Source: Phycisphaerae bacterium
GTDB lineage: Bacteria; Planctomycetota; Phycisphaerae; UBA1845
Reading direction: 5' to 3'
NCBI GenBank assembly: GCA_963666835.2
Contig: CAXXGO010000006.1
Location: 1,952,001 to 2,016,000, forward strand
Length of the DNA: 64,000 nucleotides
Of this stretch, positions 35,378-44,744 are shown in pieces. Below the pieces are notes generated by a model. That model was not told where the DNA came from, made no database searches, and saw only the letters and a program-made list of their open reading frames with translations. The translations under genes were made by a program, and so were the position numbers. Every line of letters starts with the position of its first letter. Position 1 is the stretch's first letter.

Positions 35378-36139
35378 ATGTTGACCTTCTCGCTCCAATC
35401 CGGCTCGAACGGAAACGCCATCTACGTCGAGGCAAACGGTACTCGTTTGCTGTTCGACGCGGGGATCAGCGGCAAGATAGCCAAGGCTCGCATGGCGATC
35501 CACGATCGGGATATCCGCGAGGTCGATGCGGTGCTTATATCACACGATCACCCGGACCACATCCGTTGTGCCGGGATCTATCAGCGCCGGTTTGGGTTGC
35601 CGATCTACCTGACTCGACCGACCCACTCCGCCAATCGATGCGATCTCGGCAAGTTGAGCGACGTCAGGTACTTCTCCTCGGGGGATTCGCTGGAATTCGG
35701 CGGTACCACCGTTCATACCATTCCCACCGCCCACGACGCGGCCGACGGGGTGGCGTTCGTGGTCGAATGCGAGGGCAAGCGGCTCGGGGTCATGATCGAC
35801 CTGGGCCATCCGTTCCCCGGCTTGAAAGAAGCGGTCGAGTCGGTCGATGCGGCCTATATCGAGTGCAACTTCGATCCGCAGTTACTGGAACAAGGCGACT
35901 ATCCGGAGGTTCTCAAGGCTCGCATCCGGGGCCCGGCGGGGCATCTTTCCAATGTGGATACCGCGGAGCTGCTTCGGGATTGCGGCCGCCGTCGCCCGAA
36001 TTGGATCGCCGCCGCCCACATAAGCAAGTGCAATAACCGTCCCGAGCTGGCGGTCGAAGCTGTCCGCGCTGCTGTCGGGCAGGATTATCCCGTCTACCAT
36101 GCTTCGCGCGACCGATGTTCCGAAATGCTGGAGGTCTGA
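35378..36139 (+). CDS. MBL-fold metallo-hydrolase (YycJ/WalJ-like)
   Basis: SGSNGN, DAG, SHDHPDH, HDA, DLG, ECNFD, GHLSN, HIS..N. Confidence 0.9.
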   Translation: MLTFSLQSGSNGNAIYVEANGTRLLFDAGISGKIAKARMAIHDRDIREVDAVLISHDHPDHIRCAGIYQRRFGLPIYLTRPTHSANRCDLGKLSDVRYFSSGDSLEFGGTTVHTIPTAHDAADGVAFVVECEGKRLGVMIDLGHPFPGLKEAVESVDAAYIECNFDPQLLEQGDYPEVLKARIRGPAGHLSNVDTAELLRDCGRRRPNWIAAAHISKCNNRPELAVEAVRAAVGQDYPVYHASRDRCSEMLEV

Positions 36140-36170
36140 GTTGCCGGGCGAGCTACCGAGGGCGGACCTT

Positions 36171-36467
36171 TCAGAGGAATGACTCGTCGTCGCTTCCCTC
36201 ATCATCGTCGGTCAACTTCCACCGGTCGGCTTCCTCGGTCTCCTCAATCTCGCGCTCCACGTGCCGGATCATCTTCTCCTGCAATGGAGCCAGCCTCCGG
36301 TGCATTGCCAGCGTAGCTTCGTGAGACCTTGAGATGGTTTCTAAATGGAAAATCTGCCATTTAGCCAAGCACGATGGCTCCAGAATGTTCGAAAACGGGT
36401 CGCAAAGAAGGTGTGGGGTGCCGTCGGGGTTTCTGGAGAAGTACTCGCAGTCTTCACATTGTCGCAT
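36171..36467 (-). CDS. Small hypothetical protein with a CxxC...C...C motif and acidic tail
   Basis: MRQCEDCEYF..CDPF..CLAKWQ, coiled coil, WK and acidic end. Confidence 0.72.
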   Translation of the reverse strand: MRQCEDCEYFSRNPDGTPHLLCDPFSNILEPSCLAKWQIFHLETISRSHEATLAMHRRLAPLQEKMIRHVEREIEETEEADRWKLTDDDEGSDDESFL

Positions 36468-36766
36468 AGCAGCAGCCCTCAACCCGCACGAAACGAACCT
36501 TGCCGCGGGTGTGCCCATGATATTGGCTGAGTACGGATCCCGCCAGAGCAGGGGCGGTAAGGCCGTGGGGGCGCGCTTCTTCAATCTCCCGAAGCACGTC
36601 CGCGGCGTGCTCTCTCAATTATTCACAGGTCGGCTTCGGGGAATACAGTGGATGCACACAACTTTTTGCAGACTTTGGGCTTGCAGAATCGGTGAAGATG
36701 TGCGAAAGTGGAACCAGTCCAATAACTCCACTTACCGACCCGTCCCCCCATGGGTCGGTTCCCCCA

Positions 36767-36798
36767 AGGCCCGGTCCACCCCGCCGGGCCTCCTTTTT
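36767..36798 (+). terminator. Intrinsic terminator
   Basis: AGGCCCGG-loop-CCGGGCCT followed by CCTTTTT. Confidence 0.65.
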
Positions 36799-36942
36799 GC
36801 GCCAATCAGACGAGGGCGAACGGTGAGCGATGCGATCTCGAATGGTCGTTGCTCACCTGACGAGTCTATCAACGCCGATTAAGCGCGAAGCGCTTACCGC
36901 GGAAAGGCAATACCGGAGACAGGGACGGGGCGGATGGTCCCG

Positions 36943-38415
36943 CTATTGACCGGCTCCAAGCAGGCTTATTTGCCCTAGAGTAACCGGCGGGGCCTGGACG
37001 TCTCGCCAATGTTGCTTAGGCGCGGGCGGCGTGATCGGAAACACCGGCAGCGAGGCCAAACCCGGCTCGCGCTGCATGACTTCCATTCCGACAACCGGCT
37101 TGGTCAGCGGAGAGACGACGACTCGCTCGCCCAACTGAAGCTCGCACACCTCCGCGCCGCGGCGACCGGAGTAGTCAACCAGGACATCGTCACCCATAGC
37201 CCGCAGCATCGGAATCTCGCGGACCCCGAGCCGACCAACGTTCGAGCCCGGGGAACCCGGCTCGAAAACGTAGACCCAACGGTGATCGTAGATCGCATGG
37301 CGAGGCACCAGAATCGCTCCCTCGAGCGGTCGGGCCGGCAAATCGGCCCGACAGTGCATCCCGATCGACAGCCCCGGACCGGCAGCATCACCGGTTGCCG
37401 TTCGGGCCTCCATGTCGGCTCCGCGGATTTCCACCACCATCCGGGCCGTGCGGGTGGCTTCGTCCACCCGCTCCAGCCGCGTGACCCGGCCTCGCCAGGT
37501 CAGTTCGCGGGCGGGCATTGACCAGGTCACTGCTACCTCGGGCGTTGCGGTGCCGTCATTGCTCTCAAGAGCATCGGGCTGGATGGCGTCGTCGAGCCAA
37601 TGCAGATCACGAGGATCGATCCCGACTGAGATCTCGAAGGCCTCCATATTGGTGATCGTCGCGATCGAAAGATGCGCCGTCACCACCTGCGAAGCGCGAG
37701 CCCCGACGGTCTCAACCCTGGCCTCGAACGGGCAGATGATCGATGTGTTGGCCAAGTCGTACTTCGCCGCCTGGAGCGATGCGCGCGAAGCATCGAGCCG
37801 CGCTTGGGTCTCATCCTTCAGATGAGGAACCGTCGCCCGCCGACTGGCGAGTTCCACGAGAACATCTTTGCGGCTCAGATACTTCTGGTAAACAAGGTCG
37901 ACATCGCGCTGCGTGCCGACCTTGTCGACCTCGTACAAACGCTTGGACGTCAGATAGTCCTGCTCATCGATCGCCAGCATTCGCTCCACGTTCGCGATCC
38001 GCCGGCCCAGGTTCACCATTTCCTGATCGCGCAACTGGAGGCCGGCCTCAAACCCTCGGATCTCCGCCTCGACCTGGCGTACCCGAGAGTCGTACACGGT
38101 GCGGTCGATTTCGAAGAGAACATCACCCTCAGGTATGATCTTCCCCTGAGCCAGATCCTCATGGGCGAAGACGAGTTTGCCGCTGACCTGGGGAACGATG
38201 CTGATTTGTTCCTTGGGTCGCACGGTACCGAACCCCACGACCGCTTCCTGAGCAATCTGGGGGCGAGTCTCCATCACCGCCACGTCCGGGATTCGGGAGG
38301 CCGGCGAATGGGGCGGAGTCGGCTTGGTGTGGATCAACCAGACCATTGCGGCAAACCCGGCTGCAACGCTCCCCAGCGCTACCAGCGCTTTCATTATCCG
38401 GCGGAAGTTTTCCAT
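36943..38415 (-). CDS. RND efflux periplasmic adaptor (membrane fusion protein)
   Basis: N-terminal TM; GTVRP..IVPQVSGKL; long alpha hairpin; ICPFEARV; VDEATRT; GMHC; LVPRHAI. Confidence 0.9.
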   Translation of the reverse strand: MENFRRIMKALVALGSVAAGFAAMVWLIHTKPTPPHSPASRIPDVAVMETRPQIAQEAVVGFGTVRPKEQISIVPQVSGKLVFAHEDLAQGKIIPEGDVLFEIDRTVYDSRVRQVEAEIRGFEAGLQLRDQEMVNLGRRIANVERMLAIDEQDYLTSKRLYEVDKVGTQRDVDLVYQKYLSRKDVLVELASRRATVPHLKDETQARLDASRASLQAAKYDLANTSIICPFEARVETVGARASQVVTAHLSIATITNMEAFEISVGIDPRDLHWLDDAIQPDALESNDGTATPEVAVTWSMPARELTWRGRVTRLERVDEATRTARMVVEIRGADMEARTATGDAAGPGLSIGMHCRADLPARPLEGAILVPRHAIYDHRWVYVFEPGSPGSNVGRLGVREIPMLRAMGDDVLVDYSGRRGAEVCELQLGERVVVSPLTKPVVGMEVMQREPGLASLPVFPITPPAPKQHWRDVQAPPVTLGQISLLGAGQ

Positions 38416-39094
38416 TGTCTTGTGGTGAAGCAGCCTACCGTGAGCTTCGTGTCTTAAGGCGGTGGGTCTGTTTATGCTTGATCCACCCGCCCCCGGTCAG
38501 GTCGGCAAGTCCCTCAATGTCGCAGGGCAGTCGGGGCTGCCCATTGTGTGGCTTACGAGAACGCGCCTTATGCCGCTAACCGCTGCCGGCTGTGCGACGC
38601 GCCTCCACTAACGATCCGGTATTCTCCCCGATGACCGCCGTACCTGTCAATCCGTCCTTGGCGATCCGGTATCGGTTGATCCTCGGTGGGCGTTCTTCCG
38701 GTCTCCGGAATCGCCCGGGGAATCCTAGCCGCTTCCGGACCCAGGATACCAGTACTATCGGACGATGCCCGCCATTCTCGGCAGCCTAACGTCGTCGCCG
38801 AAGAGATGCGTTAGCCTGGCGCAGCTATATCGGGCGCCAGCCCCGCTTGACTGTATCTTCGCTTGACTACATGCGGCCATAGCTTTGCTCGACGAGTTCG
38901 TGCCGAGCAGTCCATCACCGTTGCTTTCCCGCCCGCAAACAGCCGCGGCAAGTCCCATATTTCGCTGCAAATAAAGCGAAAACCTGTGTGCTGCGAGTTC
39001 CCGAATTGCGCGAAGACGCCCCCCGTTCTTTCCGATGGAAAGGGACGAGTTTCCTCATCCGTGTGTGCCAACCCTCTAACAGGAGCAATGAACG

Positions 39095-39706
39095 ATGCGA
39101 ACCAACGCAGTACGAATCGGCGGCTTGATGGTCCTCCCAGTCCTGGTATGCCTGGCGAGTGCCGGCTGCGGGGCGACGGGAGGGCTTCCGACGGACGTGA
39201 CGGTCACCCTGCCGGACGGGACGACCGAGACGGTGACGATGGGCGCGGGTGTGATCTCGCTGGCCGACTCGGAATGGCAGTTCTACCGGGTGGCGGATAA
39301 CGCGCAAGGGGCGGCGTTCATGACGATCCGGTTCGGCGACGAAGGACAACTCGAGGCCTTCGAGGAAAGCACGATTGCCTCCTCGATATTCGGCTCGTCG
39401 ATCCTGTTCGACGGACAGCGGCACAACACCACCCAGGCGGGTCTGCAGTACTCGGCCGCCACCTACGGCGCCGAGACCGCCGACTCCATGGGGTTCACCT
39501 TCGAGGGGATTCTCAAAGCCTATGCGGCCGGGCTCGAAGCGGCCACCGCCACCGCCACTGCGGTAGCCGAGTTCGACCCGGAGGACCCCAACATCGTTCG
39601 CGGGACGTTCTCCTTCTCTTCGCAGGTGCTGCTGATGGCCGATCAGTTCCCTGAAGGCAATATGGAGGATGAGTTCTCCTTCATGGGACGCAAGGTGACC
39701 GAGTAA
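39095..39706 (+). CDS. Hypothetical lipoprotein
   Basis: AGGAG RBS; lipobox-like SAGC; beta-rich acidic body. Confidence 0.75.
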   Translation: MRTNAVRIGGLMVLPVLVCLASAGCGATGGLPTDVTVTLPDGTTETVTMGAGVISLADSEWQFYRVADNAQGAAFMTIRFGDEGQLEAFEESTIASSIFGSSILFDGQRHNTTQAGLQYSAATYGAETADSMGFTFEGILKAYAAGLEAATATATAVAEFDPEDPNIVRGTFSFSSQVLLMADQFPEGNMEDEFSFMGRKVTE

Positions 39707-39779
39707 ACGTGGCTATCTCACGGCTCCGAAGCGGCGGCGGCAACGTCATGTGACGCTGCGTCCGGAGAACAACAATACG

Positions 39780-39834
39780 AGCCCCGTTGACGAGGTGTCT
39801 ACCGGTCGGACCTCGGCGACGGGGCTCTTGTCTT
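39780..39834 (+). terminator. Hairpin, probable terminator between convergent genes
   Basis: GAGCCCCGTTG..CGAGGT / ACCTCG..CGACGGGGCTC followed by TTGTCTT. Confidence 0.5.
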
Positions 39835-39982
39835 GGGAAAGTGCTGACAAGGGGGCGGCAGCTCGTTTGGTACCGTGAGCGAAGAACGTGTCCGGCGCCG
39901 GTCCCGCATCTTCAAAGGGCGGTCAGCCATTCGTTAAAGAGGTCCGTCCCGCCACTCGCAAGGTTCCCGTCTGTTGGAGCGT

Positions 39983-40846
39983 CTAATTCATGGCACTCAG
40001 TTCGGCAAGCACTTCACGAAGGTGGGCATTGAACTCGTCCGGACGTTGCAGCATGATGAAGTGGCCGACGTCGTCCATCAGAACATACTCGTAGTTGGCG
40101 TACTTGCGATTAGTGTCGCCGGCCGTGGGGGTCGGCTTGGTTGCGTTAATCGCCCTGATTGGCGTTTGGGCCGCAGAGAACATGGCCGGCAAATCGAGGT
40201 TGGAAAAATCGCGCATCAGCGCCAGAACCGCCGTGCGGTCACTGGCGCAGGCGTGTCGGATCACCCAATCGACAACGCCCTCGGCCGTCTCCCCCGGGAA
40301 CATGCCCCGGACCATCCGGGCCATCATGCCTTCGAAGTCGGCCTCGAATCCCGCCGCCCAACGCTCGGCGGCGTTCTTGGGAATCTCCATTTCGGCGCTG
40401 TGCATGGTGTCGACGGCCACGATTCCGAGGACCCGTCCGCGAAGAAGCCGAGCCGCCTCCAGTGACACCGGTCCGCCCATGGAATGACCGACCAGCACGA
40501 CGCGGTGCAAACGAAGTTGTTTCACGACTTTGGCCACATCCGCCCCCAGACCCGTAATCGTCCAATCGGTGCGGTCCCGACCAGATTCGCCGTGCCCGGG
40601 CAGATCGATCGTCACAACCCGATAGTCGTCGGCGAACTCATCCACCTGCTCGCGCCAGAACGCACGATCACAAGACCAGCAATGAACGAAGACCAACGCC
40701 ACCTTACCTCGACCACGGACGTCGTAGGCAATAGTGACGTCGTCCTCGGCCGGCACCGTCCCTTCCGACAGACGGATTGAGCCGGTTGACATTCCCTGAC
40801 ATCCGCCCAGCACCAACAACGTCCCGATCATCAATAGGCGACTCAT
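39983..40846 (-). CDS. Alpha/beta hydrolase lipoprotein
   Basis: Lipobox LGGC; DLPGHGES; GHSMGG nucleophile elbow; GHF. Confidence 0.92.
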   Translation of the reverse strand: MSRLLMIGTLLVLGGCQGMSTGSIRLSEGTVPAEDDVTIAYDVRGRGKVALVFVHCWSCDRAFWREQVDEFADDYRVVTIDLPGHGESGRDRTDWTITGLGADVAKVVKQLRLHRVVLVGHSMGGPVSLEAARLLRGRVLGIVAVDTMHSAEMEIPKNAAERWAAGFEADFEGMMARMVRGMFPGETAEGVVDWVIRHACASDRTAVLALMRDFSNLDLPAMFSAAQTPIRAINATKPTPTAGDTNRKYANYEYVLMDDVGHFIMLQRPDEFNAHLREVLAELSAMN

Positions 40847-41139
40847 ACCGACACCCTTTCTTGTGGGTCAGACTCTTATGCCATGGCAAGACAACCGCAA
40901 TCCCGGAAGCTACATCAACAGCCGAAGCTACCGTTGACCCCGAGAAGCAACAAGTCAAAGATCGCGCGTACCATGTCAGGAATTGTCGCTCCAGCAACTG
41001 TGTTTTGTGCGGGAACTGTTTCGCAGAAACTGGTAGAACTAGGAGCCCTCTCCTGGTAATATGCCCCGCGAAAGTCACTCTGGGCAGCGATCATCGAGAT
41101 TAGAAAGAGGCTCGTTGCGGGCCGTGAACCGAAAGGACT

Positions 41140-42462
41140 ATGCGGATGTTCAACAGACACTCATCCAGCCGGATCTGGACCGGCATAGTAGCTTTGCTGT
41201 CCGGCGTGGCGGGCTACGCCGCGCCGGCGCAGTGGTCGCAATGGGGCGGACCGAATCGTGACTTCACCGTGGCAACCGGCGGGCTCGCGGATACATGGCC
41301 TGACGACGGACCGCCCGTTCTGTGGAAGCGCGAACTCGGGGACGGGTATTCGACGATCACCGTAGATCGGGGCACGCTCTACACCATGTATCGCGTGGAT
41401 CAGGATGAGTTCGTTGTGGCTCTGAATGCCGAGACCGGCGTGACGGTCTGGGAGCACAAGAACCCATCGCCGTTTACGCCGGCGATGAACGAGTACGGCC
41501 CCGGCCCGCATGCCACGCCGCTGATTGTAGGAAAGCGGCTTTTCACGGTCGGCACCAACTGCGTCTTCCAATGTTTTGATAAAACCAGCGGCGAGCTGCT
41601 CTGGAAGCATGATCTGGTCAAGAAGTTCGGCGCTCCGATACCGCATTACGGCTATGCGGCCAGTGCGATTGCGTTCAAGGACACGATCATCATTCCGGTC
41701 GACCGAGAGCGGCCGGAAGAGGCTCCCCCCGGTGCAGAGGATAGTGCCAAGGAAGAGTCAGAACCGCCGGTGCCGCAATCGCTGGTGGCGTTCGATCAGG
41801 CGACCGGTGACGTGGTCTGGAAAGCCCAGGATCTGAAGATGAGCTACTCGTCTCCGATTCTGATCGAGTTCGACGGCAAGGAGCAGCTTGTGGTGTTCAC
41901 CGCCGAGGAGATCGCCGGGGTCGACCCGAACGACGGGACGCTGCTGTGGCAACATCCGTTCCCGACGCAGTACGGTGGGAACCTGTCGACGCCCGTGTGG
42001 GACGGGCAGGATCTGATCTTCGCGTCGGCGGCTTACGGGTCGGGTAGCCGGGCCATTCGCTTGGGCGCCAAAGACGGCAAAATCGTACCGACAGAACTGT
42101 GGCACAGTAAGAAGCTGCGAATCCACCACGCCAACGTCCTGATCATCGGCAATTACGTCTACGGCTCCAGCGGCGATTTCGGCACGGCCTTCTTCGCCGC
42201 TTTGAACGTGCAAACCGGCAAGGTCGCCTGGCGGCAGCGCGGCTTCGCCAAAGCGACGTTCGTTTACGGCGACGGGAAGTTGATCCTGCTGGACGAGGAC
42301 GGACAACTAGCTCTGACCACGGTCGATGGGGAGGGCATGACCATCCACTCGAAATGCACCGTGGCCGAACGGACTGCCTGGACCGCCCCGACCCTGGTGG
42401 ACCAAACGCTCTACATCCGCGACCGCAAACACCTAACCGCGTTTGACATCGGCAAACGCTAA
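41140..42462 (+). CDS. PQQ-binding-like beta-propeller protein (BamB-like)
   Basis: WSQWGGPNRD; repeated A.D/N..TG...W blades; WTAPT; LYIRD. Confidence 0.9.
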   Translation: MRMFNRHSSSRIWTGIVALLSGVAGYAAPAQWSQWGGPNRDFTVATGGLADTWPDDGPPVLWKRELGDGYSTITVDRGTLYTMYRVDQDEFVVALNAETGVTVWEHKNPSPFTPAMNEYGPGPHATPLIVGKRLFTVGTNCVFQCFDKTSGELLWKHDLVKKFGAPIPHYGYAASAIAFKDTIIIPVDRERPEEAPPGAEDSAKEESEPPVPQSLVAFDQATGDVVWKAQDLKMSYSSPILIEFDGKEQLVVFTAEEIAGVDPNDGTLLWQHPFPTQYGGNLSTPVWDGQDLIFASAAYGSGSRAIRLGAKDGKIVPTELWHSKKLRIHHANVLIIGNYVYGSSGDFGTAFFAALNVQTGKVAWRQRGFAKATFVYGDGKLILLDEDGQLALTTVDGEGMTIHSKCTVAERTAWTAPTLVDQTLYIRDRKHLTAFDIGKR

Positions 42463-42753
42463 ACGCACGCGGCGGCTCCGCAGGCGTCGAGGCAAAACAG
42501 ATGCGTAGGGTCCGCTGTGCGGACCAGCTTGGATTGAAGGTCATGTCCTCGCGCGATGTGTGCTATTATGGCAGGTCTCGTTCCTCGACCGTGCCCTACG
42601 AGCTGCCGGATCGCGCTTGCCACGTGGGTGCATGGGTCAACTTGTTGACCCGTGGATCGCAACACGCTGCAGGGCGTACAGCAGGTTGTTCACGTATACG
42701 CAGCGGTAGGGCAGGTGATTCACCTGCCTTTAATACCGCCACGCGCCACACAC

Positions 42754-43413
42754 CTACTCCACCTGCGGGCATTCAAACCGCTTGAACACGAGATCATCAC
42801 GAAAGACGTCGTCGCCCTGATCGTCATTAGGCACAAAGGTGAGTTTCAATCGGTCTTCGCTCAGAGTTACGAGCCATTCATAGTCCTCAACCGCCTCGGC
42901 CATCTCGATCCTGCCGGTCTCGGGATCGTTGAACCCGACCTCGTCGGTCGTGAAGCTGAGGCGATTGCCGTCCGCGGTAGTGAAATCGCCCGAATAGACC
43001 TGCACCATTGTGGTGAGCCCCCAACCGTCCTCGGTGAGGATCAGCCATTTCATCTCACCGGTTTCCGTATCAAACACGAAAACCTCATAATCGTCGAACG
43101 GATAGGAGTCCGGGAGTAACGCCGCCACGGATTCATCTTCGACCTGGGGCGGGTCCGCCTCGATCTCTATCGTGGCGAACGTCCCCCAGCACCCGGTGAG
43201 TCCGTCCAAATCGTCGACGATCGTCCCTCCGGCAACCGCGGTCAGCGGGTCGGCCTCGTCTTGAGCGAAGGTCGCCTTCGCTTCCACCACCGTAGTTAAC
43301 TCGTCGGGAAGATCCTGAATCGGCGCGAAAATCGGCTCACATCCGGCCGTGACCAAGAGCATTCCCAGCCCCAAACACCCGATCCAGGCAATTGAAATAG
43401 CGCAGCGCTTCAT
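42754..43413 (-). CDS. Hypothetical lipoprotein
   Basis: MKR signal with TAGC lipobox; acidic; GGAG RBS. Confidence 0.75.
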   Translation of the reverse strand: MKRCAISIAWIGCLGLGMLLVTAGCEPIFAPIQDLPDELTTVVEAKATFAQDEADPLTAVAGGTIVDDLDGLTGCWGTFATIEIEADPPQVEDESVAALLPDSYPFDDYEVFVFDTETGEMKWLILTEDGWGLTTMVQVYSGDFTTADGNRLSFTTDEVGFNDPETGRIEMAEAVEDYEWLVTLSEDRLKLTFVPNDDQGDDVFRDDLVFKRFECPQVE

Positions 43414-43714
43414 GGTATTGACACTCCCGCAAAGAAAACGGCCCTACATCCACCGAAACGCCGCGTACCATCCTATTTCGCGTGCGTATACCGTTTGCCG
43501 ACATGATTGGCCTCCAAACGTCGAAAGAAAGTGAATCCACACCAAGTACACGAAGTGTACCGCGAATTACCGTGGCCGTCAACGTGGATATTGGATTAGT
43601 CCACTGATTACGCGAGAAACACGCTCTCCTGTCCCCCGATCGAACACGCCTGCCGCCAGGTAGGTCGGGCTCTGCCCAATGGTACTCACCTTGTCAGGCC
43701 GCCATGCGGGCAAC

Positions 43715-44680
43715 CGTCGCGAAGGGACTTTGGGCATGTAGCCACGGGTGGAGCGAAGCGGAACCCGTGGGTGAGATCGCTCGCCACGTACTCCCGGCCC
43801 GAAGGGCCGGAGGAGGGCGGATCTGGAGGCAGGCTGGAAGCCTACGCTACGGGGTGTGCCGAAGGGCCGGCGGACGTTTGCAGAGAATGCCCGAATGGCC
43901 ACACTCCGCCGCCGACAATCGGCTTCGGAGGTCTCGCCACCGTGCCGCAACCCCTCGTGGGGGTAGGCCTCCGATCTGACCGTGATCCCAGGGTAGCCGC
44001 TGCGCGGCAACCCTGGGCTATAGGACGTAACGCTTTCGGCGTAGTTCGGTACATGGTGAATTCCCGCGCAATGCCGCATTCTTGCGAAGCGCCTGTAGAG
44101 CAGCTTGTTCGTCGACCTTGCCCTACGGGAGATGACAACCGGATGGCAACGCCGGTTTTGCACTGCTCAAGAGCAGTGGCACACCGGCCGGCGGGTAGCC
44201 CCTTGGGGCGACAGATCCTCTAGCCCCACGGCGTAAGCCTGGGGAAACGTTCGGGCGTTTCGCGCCAAGCACCCTTGGGGGCGGCAGAAGACATCGAGGC
44301 TTGGATCGGAAACCGGTGATTCAATATCATCCGGAAAGCACGTTGGCGACGACCGGGGCTCCTTCGAATATCGAGGTGCCGCCTCTGGCGGGGCTGGGGT
44401 TGACGTGCGATTCGATCCTGCGGCTGACGCCGCGGGCTATGCAGAGCTGTCGGCCTGACGGGCTGGTCCCGCGAGACACGCAGGTGGCACTTATTGCCGC
44501 GCGTGGAGAGCATCCGCTCCCCCACGTCCCAGGCAATATGGCATCGCGTGATTCTCGACAGACGGGAGCATACACGAAAGCCAGAAGGACGTGGGCCACC
44601 CAGTCAGCGTGAATTAATGGTCATGTCTTCGTGCGATGTGCGCTATTGTGGCAGGTCTCATTCCTCGACCGTGTCCTACT
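43715..44680. repeat. Large mosaic of REP/REPIN-like elements
   Basis: Units shared with 27025-27120, 9987, 3660-3961, 27222-27300 and 42539-42600, plus the hairpin CCCAGGGTAGCCGCTGCGCGGCAACCCTGGG. Confidence 0.8.
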
Positions 44681-44744
44681 TCGACCATGCCGTGCGAAAC
44701 TCGGCCGTGCACTGAACGTACGTCAAAGGCGGTTAACAGCGTTG

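Noticed and set aside
40884..40899. Second sigma54-like site TGGCAAGACAACCGCA
   Set aside because: Spacing fits but the match to the -12 TTGC element is poor.
43579..44612. Several 90-190 aa ORFs in the repeat mosaic
   Set aside because: They are translations of palindromic repeats. No HUH or DDE transposase motifs are present.
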